Positions 37,435 through 46,683 of a DNA stretch of 64,000 bases are shown piece by piece. Below the pieces are notes generated by a model. The model had not been told where the DNA came from and did no database searches. It worked only from the letters and a program-made list of their open reading frames with translations. The translations under genes and the position numbers were made by a program. Within the stretch, counting starts at the first letter, position 1; each line of letters opens with the position of its first letter. This DNA comes from Capsulimonadales bacterium. GTDB lineage: Bacteria > Armatimonadota > Armatimonadia > Armatimonadales > Armatimonadaceae. The stretch is taken from NCBI GenBank assembly GCA_033762295.1, contig JANRLW010000077.1:18151-82150 (forward strand). Reading direction: 5' to 3'.

Positions 37435-38925
37435 GTGACCCTACCGAAAGTCCTTCTCTCCCGTTGTCTCGGTGTCATCTTCTTCGGCGCGTTGGCGTCC
37501 GCTTCCCCGGCGCAGCCTCCGGCGTCCCCCGACGCTCCGCAAACCACCGTTCCCGGCACCTCCTCCGCGGACTCGGCCGACTGGCAGTGTAACGAACTGC
37601 TAAACGCGGACCTTCTGAAACTGGACCTTGTCGCTTCGCGGACTGCCCAGATTTTTCATGTCGTCGATCAGATCTCGATGTGGAGCAAGACCTGCCACCG
37701 GCAGTACCTGTCCTATTTCGGGGGCGCGAACGGCAGTGAGTTCTCCGAAGCGGATCAGGAGATGCTGCGCAAGCATGTGGCGATCCGTGAGAAGCACCCC
37801 TGGGGTCAGGGATTGGAGCAAACCTTCTATTCCCCGCTGGATATCGCGGCGGCGGCACAGGAGGGAGTCACGGCGGGACGCCTGACAGCGGAGGAGGCGG
37901 CGACGGAGATCGAGGTGCTGAACTACTTCGCGCCGAAGGTGGACGCCCTGATCGGAAAAGAAGCCCCCACCCTCACCCGATTCCGCGAGACGCTCCGGGC
38001 CGAACGGCTCCCGATCGCGGTTTTTGCCCGTCAGTTGTCCCGTTTGTGCGGCAACCGTCGATACCGGGTACCGGTCTATCTGATCGTCAATCCCCATCCG
38101 GTGAGTCATGGGAACGGCGTCGCCGGCGGACGTATCATTCTGGAGGTTCCGCGCCACGGGGACGCCTATACGACGCTGATGCGGACGGTTCTGTCGGCGT
38201 TCGTCGATCAGTACACGGACGACATGAACAAAACGTTGTCCGGGGTGGAAGGGCTGGATGCGGCGACTCTGTCGGAGGCGATCACCACGGCGCTGGCGCC
38301 CGGTCTGTTGCGACCGGCCGCCTCCGACGATACCCTGTTCAACCGGGTCGCGCATGATCTCGAATCCGGAAAGCCGTTGTCGGAGTCGGGCGTCCGGTTG
38401 CAGCGGTTCTCCCTGATGCTGCGTCCCGCGCTCACCTCGGCTCTCGCCGACAAGAACCAGACGATGACCTCGTTTGTCGGGCAGGCCGTCGCGATCTGGC
38501 GGGCGATGGCGGAAATGGAACGGGCGGCCAGTACCAGTGTTTCCCCGATTCGGGCGAGCAAAGCTCCGAGCCTGTTCGTCTTCGGTGAATATGACGCGAC
38601 TCTGACGGAGTATTTCAAGACCGGTTCCCGCAACTTCCTTTCCCGTCCGCACCGGACCGATGCCTACCAGGAACTCCTCGGAAAATACTCCAAGCCGAAC
38701 GATACCGTGGTTCTGCTGGCGACCAGTGACACCGTCACGCGTATCCCGACCCTCTTCAGCGATCTGCTGCCGATCCCGGTAGCAACGCTTCAGGACAAGC
38801 TGGTCCGCGGCGAATCGGTGGTGCTTCAGGGTCATGCCCGCCAGTTGAATGTCGTTCTGCTCGCGGCACCGAAACAGGTCGTTCTGGAGAGCCTCGTCCG
38901 TACCAATCGCGCCCTCTGGCAGTAA
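37435..38925 (+). CDS. Secreted hypothetical protein (possibly degenerate zincin-like fold)
   Basis: Signal peptide (FFGALASASPA); 496 aa; no intact catalytic motif recognised. Confidence 0.7.
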   Translation: MTLPKVLLSRCLGVIFFGALASASPAQPPASPDAPQTTVPGTSSADSADWQCNELLNADLLKLDLVASRTAQIFHVVDQISMWSKTCHRQYLSYFGGANGSEFSEADQEMLRKHVAIREKHPWGQGLEQTFYSPLDIAAAAQEGVTAGRLTAEEAATEIEVLNYFAPKVDALIGKEAPTLTRFRETLRAERLPIAVFARQLSRLCGNRRYRVPVYLIVNPHPVSHGNGVAGGRIILEVPRHGDAYTTLMRTVLSAFVDQYTDDMNKTLSGVEGLDAATLSEAITTALAPGLLRPAASDDTLFNRVAHDLESGKPLSESGVRLQRFSLMLRPALTSALADKNQTMTSFVGQAVAIWRAMAEMERAASTSVSPIRASKAPSLFVFGEYDATLTEYFKTGSRNFLSRPHRTDAYQELLGKYSKPNDTVVLLATSDTVTRIPTLFSDLLPIPVATLQDKLVRGESVVLQGHARQLNVVLLAAPKQVVLESLVRTNRALWQ

Positions 38926-38988
38926 TCGGAACCCGGCTCTCCTTCGTTCCGTCAACCACAGAGACGGCGGTTGCGGCCGCCTGATTCC

Positions 38989-39597
38989 ATGGAATTCATG
39001 GCGAGCGAGATGGCACAACCCGGCCCAGGCCGGCTCATTTTTCTGGGAGAGAACCCGGACAAAAATGTCGCCGAGGAGGTCAGCGCGTTTTTCTTTCTGC
39101 TGGATTCGGGCAGCGCCGCGGATATCGTCTTCTGTCTGGATTGCGCTCGCGGCTCGGTGGAGGCTTATCTGGCCATTTTCGATGCCATGCAGCTGGTCGA
39201 GGCCGACATCGTGACGTACTGCCGGGGAACGGCCTCCGCGGCGACCGCCCTGCTGCTCTGCGGCGGCACGCCCGGAAAACGCTACCTCCATCCGGCGACC
39301 CGTATCAGTCTTCTCCCGGTCACGGCCCGTTTCGATAATCACACCCCGGAAGCGGCGGCAATCACCGAGGCGATCAGTCAATTGACCGACAGCCTCGCCT
39401 TCCTGATCGCACAGAACACGGGGCGTTCGCAGAGCCAGGTGAAGGCGGCGCTGGAGAGCGGTCTGCAGTTGTCGGCCGAGGAAGCGATCGCGTTCGGTCT
39501 GGCGGATGGACTTCTGACCGAACTGCCGGAGGGTGCGGACGAGGTGTCTTCGCCCGTCCTGCCATCGCCCGTCCCTTTCCCCCCTTTCGGAATCTGA
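38989..39597 (+). CDS. ClpP-like protein lacking catalytic residues (ClpR-like)
   Basis: ClpP pattern RLIFLG...GGSV-like...AIFDAMQ...GKR..HP...NTG...LSAEEA..FGLAD; the triad positions are substituted. Confidence 0.75.
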   Translation: MEFMASEMAQPGPGRLIFLGENPDKNVAEEVSAFFFLLDSGSAADIVFCLDCARGSVEAYLAIFDAMQLVEADIVTYCRGTASAATALLLCGGTPGKRYLHPATRISLLPVTARFDNHTPEAAAITEAISQLTDSLAFLIAQNTGRSQSQVKAALESGLQLSAEEAIAFGLADGLLTELPEGADEVSSPVLPSPVPFPPFGI

Positions 39598-39610
39598 CGA
39601 GGGGGAAAGG
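39574..39610. terminator. Hairpin between convergent genes
   Basis: CCTTTCCCCC/GGGGGAAAGG 10-bp stem. Confidence 0.35.
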
Positions 39611-39632
39611 CGAGGGGGAAGGAGATCGACGG

Positions 39633-41036
39633 TTATTTCCGCTCGGTGGCGACACGCCAGACGGTTCCGCTGCCATCATCCGTGACCAGGAGAGCGCCGT
39701 CCTTCGCCACGGTCACGCCGACGGGTCGTCCCCAGACCCGGTCGTTGTCGATGACGAACCCGGTCAGAAAGTCCTCATACTCACCGGTAGCCTTGCCGTT
39801 CGCGCCGATCGGCACCCGGATCACCTTGTAGCCGACCCGCCGGGCGCGGTTCCAGGACCCATGCTCACTGGCGAAAATGTTTCCCTGGTAGGCGGCGGGA
39901 AACATCCTGCCGGTGTAGAAGGCGAGATCGAGCGAGGCGTAGTGCGATTTCAGCAGCACATCGGGGACGAGGACCTTGCCTTTGAGGTCCGGGCGTGCGC
40001 CTTTATGCCGGGGGTCCTCATTGCCGCCGAGGTAGTACCAGGGCCAGCCGTAGAACCCGCCCTCCTCGACATGGGTGATGTAGTCGGGCACAAGATTGTC
40101 CCCGAGTCCGTCCCGCTCGTTGACCGACGTCCAGAGCGTTCCGGTACCCGGCTGGATCGCCAGGCCGACGGGGTTGCGGATTCCCGTGGCGTAAACCTTC
40201 CCGTTCTTGCCGTCCGGGTCGAAGGAGAAGATCCGGGCGCGATGCTCCTCCTGCGGGTTGTTCTCCTGGTTGACATTGGTGAGGGAGCCGACCGAAACGA
40301 ACATCCGCTTGCCGTCGGCGGAAAACTGGAGGTCGCGGGTCCAGTGACCGCCGCCCCGCAGTCGCCCGCCGCCCGGAATGGTATCGACGACGGTCTCGGG
40401 TCCGCCGGTCGCTTTCGTATCGCCGTTTTTGTAAGGGAAGCGGATCACGCTGTCGGTCTGTGCGACATAGACCCATTGCGGGTTGGAGCCGACCGGGTAA
40501 AAGTCGATTCCGAACGGCTGCTTGAGCCCGGTCGCGAAGTTTTCGGTTACATCCGCTTTTCCGTCCCCATCGGTATCGCGCAGGACTTTGATGTTTCCGG
40601 GTTCGCCGCGCCGGGGTTCGCTTTCGGCGACAAAGATATCTCCATTGGGCGCGGTCACGATGACACGGGGATTGGCCAGTCCGGACCGGTAGATATTGAC
40701 GGCGAACCCGGAGGGCGCTTTCGGCATCCGGTCGCCGCGTTCGGCCCAGCCGGGTCCGTTGTCGGAGGACGGGGAGGCGTAGGGCGGCGGCAGGTCGTTC
40801 ACGGTGATCTTGCGTCGGACGCCGGGGGCATCGGTCGTCCAATCGCCCAGGGCTTCCTTTCCGGTCAGGACTTCGCCGGGCGGGGCAGGCACGCCGGCAG
40901 TGGCGGTCGGCGACGGCGTGACACCGGCGGGGGATGTTTCGCGGGCGGCGACCGAAGTGCTGTTGGTCCCGCAGGCGGCCGCCAGCGCGAAAGTTAAAGC
41001 GGCCATTCCGGTCGGAACGTAGGGGATTATTTTCAT
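39633..41036 (-). CDS. PQQ-dependent sugar/L-sorbosone dehydrogenase family lipoprotein
   Basis: Lipobox AAAC; GIRNPVGL, VNERDGLGDNLVPDY, YGWPW, HGSWNR and GRPVGV motifs. Confidence 0.88.
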   Translation of the reverse strand: MKIIPYVPTGMAALTFALAAACGTNSTSVAARETSPAGVTPSPTATAGVPAPPGEVLTGKEALGDWTTDAPGVRRKITVNDLPPPYASPSSDNGPGWAERGDRMPKAPSGFAVNIYRSGLANPRVIVTAPNGDIFVAESEPRRGEPGNIKVLRDTDGDGKADVTENFATGLKQPFGIDFYPVGSNPQWVYVAQTDSVIRFPYKNGDTKATGGPETVVDTIPGGGRLRGGGHWTRDLQFSADGKRMFVSVGSLTNVNQENNPQEEHRARIFSFDPDGKNGKVYATGIRNPVGLAIQPGTGTLWTSVNERDGLGDNLVPDYITHVEEGGFYGWPWYYLGGNEDPRHKGARPDLKGKVLVPDVLLKSHYASLDLAFYTGRMFPAAYQGNIFASEHGSWNRARRVGYKVIRVPIGANGKATGEYEDFLTGFVIDNDRVWGRPVGVTVAKDGALLVTDDGSGTVWRVATERK

Positions 41037-41175
41037 CGGGGCGTTTTGACTACTTTCTACGGCTGATTCGGCAGCCTGAACATAATACCTTCACGCGAAC
41101 CTTCGCGTTCGTTCGAATCGTCGATATCCCTGGAAAAAGCTGGCACTCGCCCCCGGGTTTCAATGTACATCGGAT

Positions 41176-41901
41176 ATGAAACGTATTCCCGAACCGCCTG
41201 CGGACGCTTCCCGCCCTGTGATCGTTCGTACGATCGGCCTGCGCAAGACCTACGGCGAAGGCGGTCCGAACCCGGTAGAGGTTCTGCACGGCGTCGACAT
41301 GGAAGCCTATGCCGGCGAGTTTGTCGCGATCATCGGTCAATCCGGCTCCGGCAAATCGACGCTCCTGAATATTCTGGGCGCTCTGGACGTTCCTACCGCC
41401 GGTCAGGTGCTGATCGATGAGATTGATATCGGGTCTCTGGATTCGGACGGGTTGGCGGAGTTACGGAGCGACAAAATCGGTTTCGTCTTTCAGTTTCACC
41501 ATCTGCTGGAAGAGTTCACCTGCCTTGAGAACGCGTTAATGCCGGTCATGATCCGCAAAGGCGCTGCGGAAAGCCAGGATATCGAGTATGCCCGCCGCCT
41601 GCTAACACGGGTGGGACTTGAATCGCAGATGAACAAACGGGCCAACGCGATGTCGGGGGGTCAACAGCAACGCAACGCGATCGTTCGCGCACTGGTCAAT
41701 CGTCCCCGGCTGGTACTGGCCGACGAACCGACGGGCAACCTCGACAGCCATTCCGGTGAGGAAGTTTTCAAACTGATGCGAGAAATCGCCCGTGAAACGC
41801 ACGTCGCGTTTCTGATGGTCACTCACGACGACCGGCTGGCGCGGGCTGCGGATCGAGCGCTTCGAATCAACGACGGGTTAATCGAGACAGCGACGTTTTA
41901 G
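41176..41901 (+). CDS. ABC transporter ATPase, LolD/MacB-like
   Basis: GQSGSGKST, GFVFQFHHLL, MSGGQQQR, LADEPTGNLD and VTHD motifs. Confidence 0.9.
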   Translation: MKRIPEPPADASRPVIVRTIGLRKTYGEGGPNPVEVLHGVDMEAYAGEFVAIIGQSGSGKSTLLNILGALDVPTAGQVLIDEIDIGSLDSDGLAELRSDKIGFVFQFHHLLEEFTCLENALMPVMIRKGAAESQDIEYARRLLTRVGLESQMNKRANAMSGGQQQRNAIVRALVNRPRLVLADEPTGNLDSHSGEEVFKLMREIARETHVAFLMVTHDDRLARAADRALRINDGLIETATF

Positions 41902-41971
41902 CCGGAATCGCCCGACCGCGGATCGGTTACCGACATATCGTCCGCGATGAATCGCATCGATATCTTTTGGA

Positions 41972-43297
41972 TCACTCCGGCGTTTTTGCGATCGTTTCGT
42001 CTTCCTTGCTGCCGACTTCCGGGTCCGGCGTGGCGATCGTTTCGGGCGCCTCTCCCTTGGAGACGCGCACATAGATCGTTTTGCCGACTCTCATTCGCCT
42101 TCCGGCGGCATCGGACTGCTCGTAAATCTGCCCTTCGGAGACTTCGGTGGTATAGCCGCTACGCTGGCTTCGTACGAGGCGCAGTCCACGCTCGTCGGCC
42201 AATTCCTGCGCTTCCTCGAGCGTCATGCCGAGGAAACTCGGAATGGTGACCGTTTCCGGCGGCGCGTCGTTCCGCAGACGGGGCGAAGCCACGTTTTCGA
42301 TGTCGGGCGTCACGCTCGCCTGTACCGGTCGGGCCTCCCGGTCGTTCGTCGGGGACGATTTTTTCGCGACGGCGCTCCCGGACGGTTTGGCCGGTTTCTT
42401 TTCCGGTTTCGCGGCGACCGGCGGACGGGTGACCTGCCGATACATTCGAACGATCTGTTGCCGGGTCGCGGGGTGGTTCCACGCGCCGTATCCGCCGCCG
42501 AGGAAAATCATGCCCATACAGAAAGCAATGACGAGACGTTTGGCGCCTTGTGACATTCCCGCGCGGGTTCGTCGCGCTTCCTGCGTGGCTTTTTCGGTCG
42601 CGGCCACCTTTGCCGGTTTGCCCGGCTGACCGCACGGAATCCCATCGAACTTTCCGAAAAAGTTGAAGAGATGGACGGTGACACCATGCTTGACCTGACA
42701 CTCACCGATATCCTGAAGGTAGCGGGGCCAGGGATCGACCGTCCGTAACTTCTCGGCATACTCGGCGGACAGGAGAATATGCCCGGCATCGCCGCAGTCC
42801 ATGATCCGCTGAGCCATGTTGACCCCTTCCCCGGCGACTTCGGACTGGGAATTCAGGTCGGTGGAGACGATGATCGGACCGGTATGGATGCCCATCCGCA
42901 GATGGAACATGGTCCCGGTCCGGTCGCGGATCTCTCGTTCGTTGTGCCGAAGGAGACTCTGCAATTGAATCGCGCAACGCAGCGGCGACAGAACATCGCG
43001 CAGGAACAACAGCGCGGCGCCGTCCCCGGTCGGTCGAATGATCAGTTTTTTCTCTTCCCGTCCCATCGTGACCTCACCGGCCATCTGCAACTGATGCTGG
43101 AGTTCACGCTGGATATCGGCCTGCTGGACGGTACGGTATCGGGAGTAACCGACAATATCGACAAAAAGGATGTGGGCAATTTCCATTGCCGGGCCGGAGG
43201 CCGCCGAAATCAGCGGAGCACCCGCCGAGACGCTCCCGAGACCGACGGGAGTGGCTTTATCGCGTTTTCCGGTGATGCCTTGCCAAAGCGGGTCCAT
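41972..43297 (-). CDS. Class III adenylate/guanylate cyclase domain + TM + PASTA domain
   Basis: ILFVDIVGYS, TGDG, RMGIHTGP and GEGVNMAQRI; TM LVIAFCMGMIFLGGGYGAW; PASTA TIPSFLGMTLEEAQ...GQIYEQS...G..IYVRVSKG. Confidence 0.85.
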   Translation of the reverse strand: MDPLWQGITGKRDKATPVGLGSVSAGAPLISAASGPAMEIAHILFVDIVGYSRYRTVQQADIQRELQHQLQMAGEVTMGREEKKLIIRPTGDGAALLFLRDVLSPLRCAIQLQSLLRHNEREIRDRTGTMFHLRMGIHTGPIIVSTDLNSQSEVAGEGVNMAQRIMDCGDAGHILLSAEYAEKLRTVDPWPRYLQDIGECQVKHGVTVHLFNFFGKFDGIPCGQPGKPAKVAATEKATQEARRTRAGMSQGAKRLVIAFCMGMIFLGGGYGAWNHPATRQQIVRMYRQVTRPPVAAKPEKKPAKPSGSAVAKKSSPTNDREARPVQASVTPDIENVASPRLRNDAPPETVTIPSFLGMTLEEAQELADERGLRLVRSQRSGYTTEVSEGQIYEQSDAAGRRMRVGKTIYVRVSKGEAPETIATPDPEVGSKEDETIAKTPE

Positions 43298-43505
43298 AGC
43301 TACCTGATTCTATAATTGACTTCCCGACTCGCATCGCAAGACGGCCAGGAAAACGAATGAACGGCGACCGTCCCCTTCCTCGCTGAAGAACACGTTCCAA
43401 TTTATCTTCGGTTGAAGTGTGAGAATTATTTAATAGTCCCGTCTGTGTGACGACGAACAGACGAGATTCGTTCTGCCAAAGGCCGTTCTCCCGGTATCTT
43501 TCTTT

Positions 43506-46415
43506 TCAGGAATTTTCGGCCGAAAGCGGCACGGCATCGGCGAGCGGAGTCACATCGGCCCAGGTCGTACCGGTTTTTACTTCGACCTCCAGAGCGACCT
43601 TGAGCGGATAGGCGCGCGCCATGCACTCCTCGACGCAATGCGCCATCTCGGTGACTTCCTCGGTCGGCGTCTCGAACAGCAGTTCGTCATGCACCTGCAA
43701 CAACAGACGGGATCGGAACTGCCGATTCCGCATCGTCTCCCGGACATCGATCATGGCCCGCTTCATGATGTCGGCGGACGACCCCTGGATCGGCATATTG
43801 GAGGCGGCTCGCTCGGCCCCCTGGCGGAACTGAAAAACGCGCGAATTGATATCCGGTATGTAACGTCGTCGTCCGAACAGGGTTTGAACGTACCCCTTTT
43901 CCCGAGCGAAGGCGACGGTTTCGTCCAGATAACGCCGCACCCCTGGAAACCGGTCGAAGTACGAGGTTTTTAGCTCCTTTGCCGCCTTCATCGAGATCCC
44001 CAGACGACGGCCCAGCGCAAAATCCGAGATGCCGTAGATGACCGCGTAATTGACCGTTTTGGCGGCACGGCGCATATCTCCGGTCACTCCGCTCACCGGG
44101 ACATTGTATATCTTCCCCGCCGTGTATTTATGAATGTCCTCTCCGGACTCGAACGCGGCCACCAGTTCCGGGTCCTCGCTGACATGGGCGAAGATACGCA
44201 GTTCGATCTGCGAATAGTCGGCCGATAACAGCACCATGCCCGGAGGCGCGATGAACGCACGACGGATCTCCCGGCCGATTTCGGTTCGGATAGGGATGTT
44301 CTGCAGATTCGGATTGGAGGAGGACAGTCGGCCGGTGGCGGCAACGGTCTGGTTCAGCGACGTATGTATCCGCTGCGTTTCCGGACGAACCAACGCCGGC
44401 ATCGCATCGGTGTAGGTTCCCTTCAGCTTGGACAGTTCGCGATGCTGAAGGATCAGTGAAACGATCGGATAATCGGCCGACAGTTCCTCCAGGGTATCGG
44501 CATCCGTCGAATATCCCGTCTTGGTCTTTTTTCCGGCAGGCAGTTTCAGTCGCTCGAACAGCACTTCCTGTAACTGTTTGGGCGAACCGATCGTAAACGC
44601 CCCCCCGGCGATACCGAAGATTTCGGTTTCCAGCTGCTCGATCCGGCTCTGTAACTGCGCGGACATCCGATGGAGAACGTTGACATCCACGAGCAGACCG
44701 GCGTTCTCCATCTCGGCCAGAATCGGCGCGACCGGCAGTTCCAGTTCCCGCAGGATCGTCATCAGCCCGGCGGCATCCAGGCGGGGTTCCTGCACCTTTC
44801 GAACGGCCAGGATCGCGTCGGCTTCCGCGATGGCCTGAGCCTTTTCATTGGCCTCGACCTCGGCATCCGTCATCCCCCTGCGCTCTTTTTTATCGATCGT
44901 TTTGACCGTTTTCCCGGAATAGTCCTGAGCCATCTCGGGCAGGGAGTATCCCGACCGCCGCCCGGCGTTCAGCAGGTAACCTCCCAGATCGGTATCGAAG
45001 AGGACGCCATTTAACGAGACGCCATAGCGGGAGAGAATTCCGACATCGGTCTTGGTATCGTGTGTCAGCTTGGCGACGGTCGGGTCCGCCAGCAGCTTCG
45101 CCAGTGAGACAGGCATGGACAATACCGGTTCGATGCCATCGGCGGTCGGCGTTTCCTCAAAGAGCCCGCCCAGTTCGGACGACGGAGGCGCGGCAGGTTC
45201 TTCGCCGGTACTCAGGGGAAAATAGAAAACCGTGCCGCCCTCGGGAACCGTATCCGGTCCGTTTTCGGGCGCAAGCGCCACCCCGTGAATTCGGACCTCC
45301 GCCATACCTTCTCCGTGAAGATGGAGACGCACCGCCACGCTGTTCGCCTGTCGCAACACGGCGAGGGCCGCCGCCTGCTCCTCCGGGGTGACCGCTTCCC
45401 GGACGGTCGGCGCGCCGGGAGCCGACGCCGGGTTCGCGATCTCCTCCTCGGTCACAGCGAACGGATCGTATTCCTCCGCCTCCAAATCAACGGTCGGCGC
45501 AACTCCCGGCGCAACCTTGCCGGAGTCCGGAAGTCGTCGCAACAGCGTTCGGAACTCCAGCCGTTCGAACAGCGCCCGCACCGCCGAGTAGTCCGGCTCA
45601 TAGACCGCCTTCTCCGGCGGAGGAACCGTCACTTCCTCCAGCGGCACCTCCCGCAGAATCGTCGCCAGTCGTTTCGATTTCGCCATCTGTTCGCGAGAGG
45701 CGTCCAACGACGCCCGGGTCTTCGGCTGCTTTACCTCATCGATATGCTCCAGAAGGTTTTCAATCGTCTCGAACTGCTGCAGCAGTTGAGCCGCAGTCTT
45801 CTCCCCGATACCGGGAACTCCGGGAATATTGTCGGACGCATCGCCCTTCAGCGCACGATAGTCGGTCAATTGGACGGGTTTCAGTCCGTAACGCTCCACC
45901 ACTCGTGCTTCATCGTAGATGATGGTATCGGTCACCCCTTTGATAGTGGTCATTACCCGGACACCCGGTTCGACCAGTTGCAGAGCATCCAGGTCGCCGG
46001 AAACGATCAGTACCTCGTAGCCCTTCTCCTTGCCGATCCGTGCCATTGTCCCGATGATGTCGTCGGCCTCATAACCGGGCTTCCGGATTCCGGGGACCCG
46101 AAACGCTTCCGCCATCTCCCGGGCGATCGGTCCCTGCGGTTTGAGATCGGCGGGCGTCTCCTGACGTGTTCCCTTATATTCGGCGTACTCCTGGTGGCGA
46201 AAGGTAGGCTCGGGCGTATCCCAGGCGCAGTACACCACGTCCGGCTTCCACTCCTGCAGCAAAGTCAAAAGCATCATGGTGAAGGAAAAGACGGCATTGG
46301 TCGGCTGGCCCGCGCTGGTCGTCAGGGCGCGCATGGCAAAGAACCCTCGATAAAGGAGGGAGTTACCATCGAGCAGCACCATACGGCGGGGAGAGGAGGG
46401 GATCATATCGGACAT
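43506..46415 (-). CDS. polA: DNA polymerase I
   Basis: LDGNSL, EADD, GDASDNIPGVPGIGEKTA, TGRLSSSNPNLQNIP, DYSQIELR and QVHDEL motifs. Confidence 0.97.
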   Translation of the reverse strand: MSDMIPSSPRRMVLLDGNSLLYRGFFAMRALTTSAGQPTNAVFSFTMMLLTLLQEWKPDVVYCAWDTPEPTFRHQEYAEYKGTRQETPADLKPQGPIAREMAEAFRVPGIRKPGYEADDIIGTMARIGKEKGYEVLIVSGDLDALQLVEPGVRVMTTIKGVTDTIIYDEARVVERYGLKPVQLTDYRALKGDASDNIPGVPGIGEKTAAQLLQQFETIENLLEHIDEVKQPKTRASLDASREQMAKSKRLATILREVPLEEVTVPPPEKAVYEPDYSAVRALFERLEFRTLLRRLPDSGKVAPGVAPTVDLEAEEYDPFAVTEEEIANPASAPGAPTVREAVTPEEQAAALAVLRQANSVAVRLHLHGEGMAEVRIHGVALAPENGPDTVPEGGTVFYFPLSTGEEPAAPPSSELGGLFEETPTADGIEPVLSMPVSLAKLLADPTVAKLTHDTKTDVGILSRYGVSLNGVLFDTDLGGYLLNAGRRSGYSLPEMAQDYSGKTVKTIDKKERRGMTDAEVEANEKAQAIAEADAILAVRKVQEPRLDAAGLMTILRELELPVAPILAEMENAGLLVDVNVLHRMSAQLQSRIEQLETEIFGIAGGAFTIGSPKQLQEVLFERLKLPAGKKTKTGYSTDADTLEELSADYPIVSLILQHRELSKLKGTYTDAMPALVRPETQRIHTSLNQTVAATGRLSSSNPNLQNIPIRTEIGREIRRAFIAPPGMVLLSADYSQIELRIFAHVSEDPELVAAFESGEDIHKYTAGKIYNVPVSGVTGDMRRAAKTVNYAVIYGISDFALGRRLGISMKAAKELKTSYFDRFPGVRRYLDETVAFAREKGYVQTLFGRRRYIPDINSRVFQFRQGAERAASNMPIQGSSADIMKRAMIDVRETMRNRQFRSRLLLQVHDELLFETPTEEVTEMAHCVEECMARAYPLKVALEVEVKTGTTWADVTPLADAVPLSAENS

Positions 46416-46497
46416 AAACGGGAAGACACTCCTGCGAATATTCTATCCGAATACTCCGCCGGAGACGGCCTTATGGAAAATTGTCGATCGGAGCCGC

Positions 46498-46683
46498 CTA
46501 AAACGGGGGGAGCGGCGGTCCGGTCGGCGGAGTGGGCGTTCCGATCGGAACCGGCGTGGGCGTCGGAGAGTACCGTTGAAAACCGCCGCCGCCCTGCTGA
46601 GCGGCGCAGCCTGCAAGAAACCCCGCCAGCGTCGACACCACCCACCAGGTCACGGGTCGACACGATTTCAAACGGTATTTCAT
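46498..46683 (-). CDS. Small Pro/Thr-rich lipoprotein
   Basis: 61 aa; signal peptide with lipobox LAGC; ATGA overlap with the purM stop. Confidence 0.6.
   Translation of the reverse strand: MKYRLKSCRPVTWWVVSTLAGFLAGCAAQQGGGGFQRYSPTPTPVPIGTPTPPTGPPLPPF

Noticed and set aside
41972..43297. Cyclase as a Pycsar/CBASS defence component
   Set aside because: No adjacent cNMP-binding or TIR/TM effector gene; the TM-PASTA architecture and housekeeping context favour signalling.
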